DNA of 64,000 nt, from NCBI GenBank assembly GCA_951406725.2, contig OX597823.1, positions 17,484,001-17,548,000 on the forward strand, written 5' to 3'. Below, piece by piece: positions 54,791-64,000 of this stretch. The notes under the pieces were generated by a model, which saw only the letters and a program-made list of their open reading frames with translations, had not been told where the DNA came from and ran no database searches. The position numbers and the translations under genes were made by a program. The DNA comes from Octopus vulgaris (Eukaryota). Positions within the stretch are counted from its first letter, which is position 1; each line of letters begins with the position of its first letter.

Positions 54791-54977
54791 GCCATCATAG
54801 ATCAGTAGCCACTACACACATTTTTTTTCTCCCTTGTTTCTTTCTGTGTTCCTTTCTGTGGAAGAGCGTATGCTCGAAACGTAAAAGATTTTTCAATTCC
54901 TGAGCGTTATACTAATAAATATGTCTGTTTTCTACACCATCTGTCTTCGTCCTTTGTTTTTTTCGTGAATTCTCCCT
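54787..54977 (+). mobile_element. Element HH-1 (copy c), hammerhead-like motif at 54852-54887
   Basis: cttt-CTGTGGA-a-gagc-gtat-gctc-GAAA-c-GTA-aaag; (TA)n on both sides. Confidence 0.65.
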
Positions 54978-55105
54978 ATATATATATATATATATGAAAT
55001 TTATTTGGGTGTATATGTATATATTTACAAATATGTGTATACATGTGCACACATGCATATAAATGCATTTACCTATCTATCTCTCTTTCTCTTTCTCTCT
55101 CTCCC

Positions 55106-55137
<32 letters not shown>

Positions 55138-55274
55138 TTTTCTTTTGAATTGATAAAAGGTGTTTTTTCTAATATTTTATATACATATTATATTGTGTGG
55201 AATTTAATTTAGTATTTCTAAATGGAGTTCTTTTTCCTTGTAAGCTTGGATTTTATTCCCTCAAATAATAATAA

Positions 55275-55325
<51 letters not shown>

Positions 55326-55687
55326 GCATGTATATACATATATAGATAGATAGTCGAGTGTTAACTGTTTTATAATGTGTCATGGTTGGCATATGCTTTC
55401 GCCACTGTAACTAATAGAGTAACATTTCACAGGTTCAGATTTTATTGTGCTCATAGAAGTTAATGAAATGAATATTATAAATAAAATTATTTACGTAATA
55501 AATTTCTCATTTGTATATTTACAATAAATAAATATCACCAATAACATTACTGTTTGACTATAAATATATAACGTTCTCCTGAAAATGCCAAACTGAGTCA
55601 AAAAGTTTCTTTCCAACACATGTCGTTGACATGTAACGCTTTAGTTGTTATAATGAAAACGAGAACCATAAATCCCTATAAGATCAT

Positions 55688-55729
<42 letters not shown>

Positions 55730-55796
55730 GGGACAGAAGAACAGAGAAATAGAAGGGGATATTTTCAATTATATATGTGTGTGTGTGTGTGTGTGC

Positions 55797-55832
<36 letters not shown>

Positions 55833-55911
55833 TTAAATTATACACATTTTCACATGCGAACACCCACACGCACACACACAAATGCACACACACTGACTCA
55901 CACAAACGCAC

Positions 55912-56279
<368 letters not shown>

Positions 56280-56315
56280 TATAACCGCGTGTGCTTACAC
56301 ATATCCATATTTATG

Positions 56316-56398
<83 letters not shown>

Positions 56399-56703
56399 AT
56401 CTATATATATATATATATCTATATATCTATATATATATATATATATATATATATTACATATGTGAGCATTATATGTATAAGTATCTGTGTACGTGCTTCC
56501 ATAATAATTTATCTCTTGAGATTATTCCATTCACGCACACTCGTACAGCCACATACAGTTCCGCTAGACCTAACTCATGTATTCATTATACTTATAACGT
56601 CATTCTGTAACTTTAATAAGTTCAATGAAGCACATCATTGTTTACTTCAGAGTGGAAAGACCTTTATTAAGCAACCGTTTTTAATCGTAATCTTCGTATG
56701 TTT

Positions 56704-56789
<86 letters not shown>

Positions 56790-57417
56790 TTTCACAGTTA
56801 ATTTTTAATCATTGAATTTATATGTCATTGCTTCTATCAGATTTGAAACAGTTTCGTTAAGCCATTCCTTTTAATTACAAATATTTTATTTCATGCATGA
56901 AGCGAAATTAATAATTCTTTATAAATCTCGCTGTTTTCAAAAGTAAATACAGATGTTTAAAACCATTGGATAACACATATGAGTTCTTTGACGTATCGTA
57001 AATCTGGACGAGTACGCCATTTTGTCATTACTGTCAACTGACTTAGAAAACATTTATGAAATAATCACTGTATTTAATGATTTATTAGACATTTTTTTCC
57101 TAAAACTTATCTCAACAAATCATTCCGAGTTTTGTATACGAAGTTGGGCCTATGTCACTTGCTTTGATGCAACAAATACTTTTTTTCATTTTAATATGCG
57201 CGGTTGAAATTGTGCTGCATTAAATATGACCGTACGTCTTTAAAGCCTTTCACTTACGTATATTCAGTTTCAAATGTTCAGTATGTACGAGATAACATTT
57301 CAGCTTTTTCGTGCATCGCCTTTTAATAATGTACATAGGAGGTTACTTCGGTGGTAACTTCGTTGCGAGATTAAAGGAATAAGAAACTACGAATGAGATA
57401 ACATATTAAACAGTATA

Positions 57418-57900
<483 letters not shown>

Positions 57901-58659
57901 TATAAGCAAAAGGACATTTAGCAGTTGTAGCTTACGAACTCTGAAGTTTGTAAGCTATTGAACGAGATAATATTACAAGATAATATCAAATGCGCTTCAT
58001 ATTACAAATCATTCATCACAGAGACAAGAAACAGAAAGAAGAGCTTCTGCAATGAAAATATAGACTACCGATCAAGCGATAACAACACTTGTAACAAAAG
58101 AAGAAATGCCTGTAGCAGCTGCTTTAAGTGGAAGGTGAGAGATTGAAGTCATAAAGCAATTTATCATTTCAAGGAAGCTGAAATACAAACTTCGTCGGAA
58201 AGATGAATGCTAAATGCTTTAAATGTGATACAAAAACTGTTGGTTTAAGAAAAGGATTTCAAGCAGCTTTCAAACAAACACTATATTCAATTTGTGTTGT
58301 GTAAATGGACAGTTAGTGCCACCGTCAATTCCAGATACACTTTCAGAGATGAAAGAACTTTCAACTTATGTAAAGTTTATCATCTTCACATCCACCATCG
58401 AGACTTACAAATCAGTATCTCTCACACCCACAAAGATAACAAGCATTAAGGAGAACAATTGAAACACCACCCTGTCCATAAAATACACAGTCATGTATCT
58501 TGATTTAATTCGCTTCGAATATCAAGGAGCACGGTTTTCTTGAATACATTCAGATTGGATCGGTGGATGCAATATTCAACACGTATCAGAAATACCATTG
58601 GATCATTTCAGGCAATTATGTCAAGAGAAACCGAGTTTGGAACTCTATTTTCAGGATAA

Positions 58660-58838
58660 AAGCAAGGAGTGGCTGTGTGGTAAGTGGTTTGCTAACCAAC
58701 CACATGGTTCTGGGTTCAGTCCCACTGCGTGGCACCTTGGGCAAGTGTCTTCTACTATAGCCTCAGGCCGACCAAAGCCTTGTGAGTGGAATTGGTAGAC
58801 GGAATCTGAAAGAAGCCCGTCGTGTATATGTATGTATA

Positions 58839-58873
<35 letters not shown>

Positions 58874-59112
58874 GTATGTATGTATGTGTGTGCATATGTT
58901 TATGTGTCTGTGTTTGCCCCCCCCCCCACATCGCTTGACAACCGATGCTGGTGTGTTTATGTCCCCGTAACTTAGCGTTTCGGCAAAAGAGACCGATAGA
59001 ATAAGTACTAGGCTTACAAAGAATAAGTCCTGGCGTCGATTTGCTCGACTAAAAAGTGGTGCTCCAGCATGGCCGCAGTCAAATGACTGAAACAAGTAAA
59101 AGAGTAAAAGAG
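58660..59112 (+). mobile_element. SINE family B
   Basis: Homology to other B copies. Confidence 0.9.
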
Positions 59113-59577
59113 TATTGTCAATACTCAAGAACTTACATTGGTTAATCAGAGAAATATACGTTCAGGGTTCTAAGATACGAGAAGTTGCGATAAGTATAGG
59201 AGATAGTGACTTGAAAATCTTCAAACTGGAAAGGATTATTGAGTTATATAGAGAAGCATAAAGATTTATCGTTAAAACTAAAACCAACAACAAACAACGA
59301 AGGATATAAAAGCAGCTGAAGAACTAGGAATATGACCATATATTAAGAATCAATAGATGTCAGAAAAGTTGGTGAACCAGAAATATAACCAAAGATGAAG
59401 ACGACCAGAAAAATAAAACGTCAAAGATAAAGATAACCACGCAAGATAACCACAAAAGGATGTGACTGAGAGTACGACTATATTGAATGATGAACGATAA
59501 ATACTGCAAAATATAAATAAATTACTTCTAATAACAATAAATATGATTAACAAAATGATATATATATATAAAATTAA

Positions 59578-59809
59578 GGCGGCGAGCTGGCAGAAACGTT
59601 AGCGAGCCGGGCGAAATGCTTAGTGGTATTTCGTCTGTCGTTACGTTCTGAGTTCAAATTCCGCCGAGGTCGACTTTGCCTTTCATCCTTTCGGGGTCGA
59701 TAAATAAAGTGCCAGTTTCGCACTGGGGTCGATGTAATCGACTTAATCCCGTTATCTGTCTTTGTTTGTCCCCTCTATGTTTAGCCCCTTGTGGGTAGTA
59801 AAGAAATAG
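59578..59809 (+). mobile_element. SINE family A
   Basis: Homology to 1110-1338. Confidence 0.9.
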
Positions 59810-60074
59810 ATATATATATATATATAAACAATTAAAATAACTAAATAACACCAAATGCGAAGAACACGAAAATATAACTAAAGATAAAGAACTAAAACCA
59901 TAATCAAAGATATAGAAGTAAATCAGAACAAGAGATCAGTGACTATACCGTATAATTAGATAATAATATCATATACGCAGAGCCAATATTGTAACAAAAC
60001 ATCTAGCAACAAGAACGATACCAGCACATTCAAATATGAAGAATCATCACTGTAAACGAAAATGAAGAACAAAT

Positions 60075-60820
60075 ATTTTTTCTACTATAGGCACAAGGCC
60101 CGAAATTTTGGGGAAGGAGCCAGTCGATTAGATCTACCCCAGTGCGTAACTGGTACTTATTTAATAGACCTCGAAAGGATGAAAGGCAAAGTCGACCTCA
60201 GCGGAATTTGATCTCAGAACGTAACGGCAGACGAAATACCTATTTCTTTACTACCCACAAGGGGCTAAACACAGAGAGGACAAACAAGGACAGACAAACG
60301 GATAAAGTCGATTATATCGACCACAGTGCGTAACTGGTACTTATTTAATCGACCCCGAAAGGATGAAAGGCAAAGTCGACCTCGGCGGAATTTGAACGCA
60401 AAACGTAGCGGCAAACGAAATACCTATTTCTTTACTACCCACAAGGGGCTAAACACAGAGGAGACAAACAAGGACAGACAGACGGATTAAGTCGATTATA
60501 TCGATCCCAGTGCGTAACTGGTACTTATTTAATCGACTCCGAAAGGATGAAATGCAAAGTCGACATCGGCGGAATTTGAACTCAGAACGTAACGGCAAAC
60601 GAAATACGGCTACACATTTCGCCCAGTGGGCTAACGTTTCTGCCAGATTGCCGCCTTCAAGAACAAATCATTGCTCCATAATAATTATTCTTTTCTACTC
60701 TAGGCAAAAGGCCCGAAATTTTTTTGGGGAGGTGGGCAATCGATCTAATCGACTCAGTACGCAACTGGTACTAAATTTATCGACCCCGAAAGGATGAAAG
60801 GTAAAGTTGACCTCGGTAGA
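60075..60820 (-). mobile_element. SINE-A trimer (60075-60656) plus a partial copy (60684-60820)
   Basis: 184-bp periodicity; junction ACGAAATACC|TATTTCTTTAC ends at 60240 and 60424. Confidence 0.9.
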
Positions 60821-61009
60821 ATAAGAACAAATGCTATTACAAAAGACGACTCTTCACATAATTCTTTGACAATACCTAATCATATATTGTAATTTGTGAC
60901 TAGTAACATAATTTGTGACAAACTTATGTCATATATTATAATCAATGATACCTCAGATATTCTGTGAGAACTCAAAATATATATGATGCTATTAGTATTG
61001 GTATATGGT

Positions 61010-61133
61010 AAACGAGAGCCATAAATCCAATACCATCATAATAATCTCTCTCTCTCTCTCCCTCTCAGTCTGAGACAGAAGAACAGAGAAATAGACGGGG
61101 ATATTTTCAATTATATGTGTGTACGTGTGCGTG

Positions 61134-61224
<91 letters not shown>

Positions 61225-61386
61225 TTATATTTAAATTATACACATTTTCACGTACGCACGCCCACATGCACGCACACATATGCACACACACTGACACACA
61301 CAAACACACATACACAGACAAACACACACACGCACACACATATATATATATTTACAAATAGGGAGAAAATTATATAGTCATAACTA
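61010..61386 (+). repeat. Direct duplicate of 55657-55978
   Basis: Shared unique spacers gacagaagaacagagaaataga..ggggatattttcaattatat and atttaaattatacacattttcac. Confidence 0.85.
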
Positions 61387-61518
61387 TATAATTTTATATA
61401 TATCATTTGTTAATCTATATATTTTAATCTATTAAACAATAGTGACTTCGTTTATTCTTAGTTAGGAATGTGAAGCCAAGAACAGAAAGATTTTCCAAAG
61501 CTAAGTTAGCAAGAGAAT

Positions 61519-61937
61519 GGCATCTTTTCGATTTGAACGGCAGTTTTTTCTAGCGGTGTCATATGAAATTGTGACCCTAGAATCGATCTATTGCATTTCA
61601 ATCTCTTTTAGGGTTAGTTAGGGTTGGATTAGGGTTATGGGTGGGGGAAGGGTATCTTTTTTTTCTTCACAAATGTAAATAAACCCAATCTGTTTCTTAA
61701 ACGAGGGACATATTCATACGGCACAGAATGCTTTTTAACTCTATAGACGTCACTGATTGGTTGAAATTGCAGAAATTGAAGAAAAAACAACAAATATCTT
61801 ACAAACTATAGAATTTTCTCAATAAAGCCAAGAGAAAAAAAATGTTTTATAAACACATTCTACCAGTATACGAAGTTTGAAATTTTTTAGTTACCTAGAA
61901 ATTATGTTAAAAATTGCCGTTCAAACCGAAAAGATCC
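61519..61937. mobile_element. MITE with GG..CC TIRs, apparent 7-bp TSD and internal TTAGGG-like repeats
   Basis: agagaat|GGCATCTTTTCGATTTGAACGGCAGTTTTT ... AAAAATTGCCGTTCAAACCGAAAAGATCC|agagaat. Confidence 0.82.
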
Positions 61938-62305
61938 AGAGAATACATAACCTACTACTCACGAAGGCTTGTTCTTTAATAAAATTGATAATATTTCAGA
62001 AGCCTTCGGTGAAAACTGTTTCTACGGCAAAGCACGGAGGTACTTCTGTGGTATGGCGTAGATCTGACGGAAAACTTTTATACAATAACAACAACAACGG
62101 CAGCAAAAGTAAAAACGAAAACAAAGAAAAACATCAATAAAAGAGAATATCAAACAGAAAGCCTTACAAACAAAAGCGGAAGTCTTCCCTCTATATATAC
62201 ATGCACACTCATCAATCTCGCCATCTCATAGTCATGAGCGAAAGACATGGCCGCAGTGTCTTTCTTATGAGTAAGCCATAAGGCGCACGCGCACACACAC
62301 ACGCG

Positions 62306-62337
<32 letters not shown>

Positions 62338-62725
62338 CGCACAAACACACACACACTATGATACAAAGGCTCAAAACGAAGAAAGAAATCTACATAGGAA
62401 AAGAGAACGAAAAACCAACTCCAAAATTCACGTGTGCACTTGACCCCTCCAGCCATTAACATTGCGCACACGCGCGTGCACGCGTTCACTCTCTTTTCCT
62501 CTGTCTGTCTGTTTGTCTGTCTGTCCGTCTCTCAAGCACACACACATACACACGCAACCATATACGTACCTCTCTCTCTCTCCAAACTAAACCACTTTCA
62601 TCCTTCTTCCCCACCTCACACACAATTAGATTATTCTCTGTGCCTTTCTTTCATTCTCGTTTCCTTTCTTACTTCCTAATTTTAATTTCTTTTGTATCTG
62701 TGAATCTGTATCTGTCATACATACG

Positions 62726-62768
<43 letters not shown>

Positions 62769-62874
62769 TTGTGAGTATCTCCGTATGTATGTATGTGTGT
62801 GTGTATTAGGCCACCCCAATGTTTTGGGGTTCTGCTATCTCAATGTTAATGAAACTCGTGCACATGGTAAATTA

Positions 62875-63097
62875 TGGCGAGCTGGCAGAAACGTTAGCAC
62901 ACCGGGCGAAATGCGTAGCCGTATTTTGTCTGCCATTACGTTCTGAGTTCAAATTCTGCCGAGGTCGACTTTGCCTTTCATCCTTTCGGGGTCGATAAAT
63001 TAAGTACCAGTTACGCACTGGCGTCGATGTAATCGACTTAATCCGTTTGTTTGTCCTCTCTGTGTTTAGCCCCTTGTGGGTAGTAAAGAAATAGGTA
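62875..63097 (+). mobile_element. SINE family A
   Basis: Homology to 1110-1338. Confidence 0.9.
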
Positions 63098-63275
63098 TAT
63101 TGTGAAATATATATCTGGTTCACTCTCCTTTACCATCAATTACCATTTTTATACTGTACTGTACACATGCAACGAATTATGAGTAAGACCAACGTCCAAT
63201 ATTAACTTATGTTTCCTTGATTATTTCAGAATTTTATACTAAAATATGTTGTAGATACAGTTAATAAACAGAACA

Positions 63276-64000
63276 ATGCATAAAACAAGGAAGTTGAGTG
63301 AGTGTGAGCGAAGTAAAATCGTAGCTCATCATGAAGATGGAATGTGTCAAAGGCAAATAGCCCAGAAGATGAAATGTTCTCTATGTGTAGTGCAAACGAC
63401 TCTCAAGCGCTTCAGAGAGACAAAAGATGTGAAGACAATACAAAGAACAGGTAGGAAAAAGGTTATATTACCTTGTGATGACAGGTCCATCATCCATCAG
63501 TCACTCAGAAACAGGTGAAAAAGGTCTCTGCATCGAATATGGAAAAATGTCTTCAATGGGCCAAAAGGCAATGGTCGAAAGTCATATGGTCTGATGAAAG
63601 TAACTATGAGGTAAGATAGTACACGTATTCAATCAGCATATAAACTTAATGTAACTGGTTTGTTGCCCAAAATATATAAAAAAAAGCATCCAACATAAAG
63701 CTAATATTATTTTTCATGTTTTTACTCAGGTTTTCGGTACATCTGGTGCAACTTTCGTGTGTCGCAGAGTTGGGGAAGCATTTAAGGCTGAATATCTGGT
63801 ACCAACCGTAAAACGTAGCGGTGGTTCGATCATGGTGTGGTCCTGCATGTCTGCCACAGGACCCAGAGAAATGCTTCTATATCAGGGAAGGATGAATTCA
63901 GCTACCTATGTTTCTATGTTATCGGATGTTTTAGAGCCATCAATTGCTAAATTGCATCCAGGAGTGTCGGAAAGCAGTGTTATCTTTCAACAGGATAACC
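63276..64000 (+). pseudogene. Tc1-family transposase (internally deleted, intron-containing), runs off the window
   Basis: Paired-type HTH ORF 63276-63518 (RQIAQKMKCS..RTGRKK..DDRSI); WSKVIWSDESNYE|VFG..PTVKRSGGSIMVWSCM..GRMNS..Y..IFQQDN. Confidence 0.9.

Noticed and set aside
60075-60656. Regularly spaced repeats superficially like a CRISPR array
   Set aside because: The units are complete 184-bp SINE copies with no unique spacers, in a eukaryotic context with no cas genes.
62232-62270. Hairpin containing GAAAGACATGG, resembling the start of miR-71
   Set aside because: The stem is only about 15 bp and the match ends after 11 nt; too short for a pre-miRNA.

Overview
Eukaryotic, AT-rich window saturated with microsatellites. 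I cannot call any host protein-coding gene with confidence, so it is probably intergenic or a very long intron. The repeat mix looks like a coleoid cephalopod (Octopus-type) genome; this is inference from pattern recognition, not a database result. Almost all ORFs in the supplied track are translated simple repeats. The real coding remnants are all transposable elements: three 5'-truncated R4/Dong-type non-LTR retrotransposons inserted in (TAA)n (6.1-11.5 kb), a degenerate Penelope-like element with RT and GIY-YIG (35.1-36.8 kb) and a second Penelope-like C-terminal fragment (3.3 kb), an RTE fragment (31.7-32.5 kb), several deleted mariner elements, and a Tc1 transposase with an apparent spliceosomal intron (63.3-64 kb). 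Non-coding repeats include three tRNA-type SINE families, MITEs and non-autonomous Helitron/Helentron-like elements. The most interesting signal is a set of short non-coding elements carrying minimal, Penelope-type hammerhead-ribozyme-like motifs with non-canonical cores, two of them built as long palindromes of inverted hammerhead arms (48.3 kb and 53.9 kb). Also notable: a SINE that forms 184-bp head-to-tail multimers with an identical junction at independent loci, and a nested cluster of elements in trinucleotide repeats.
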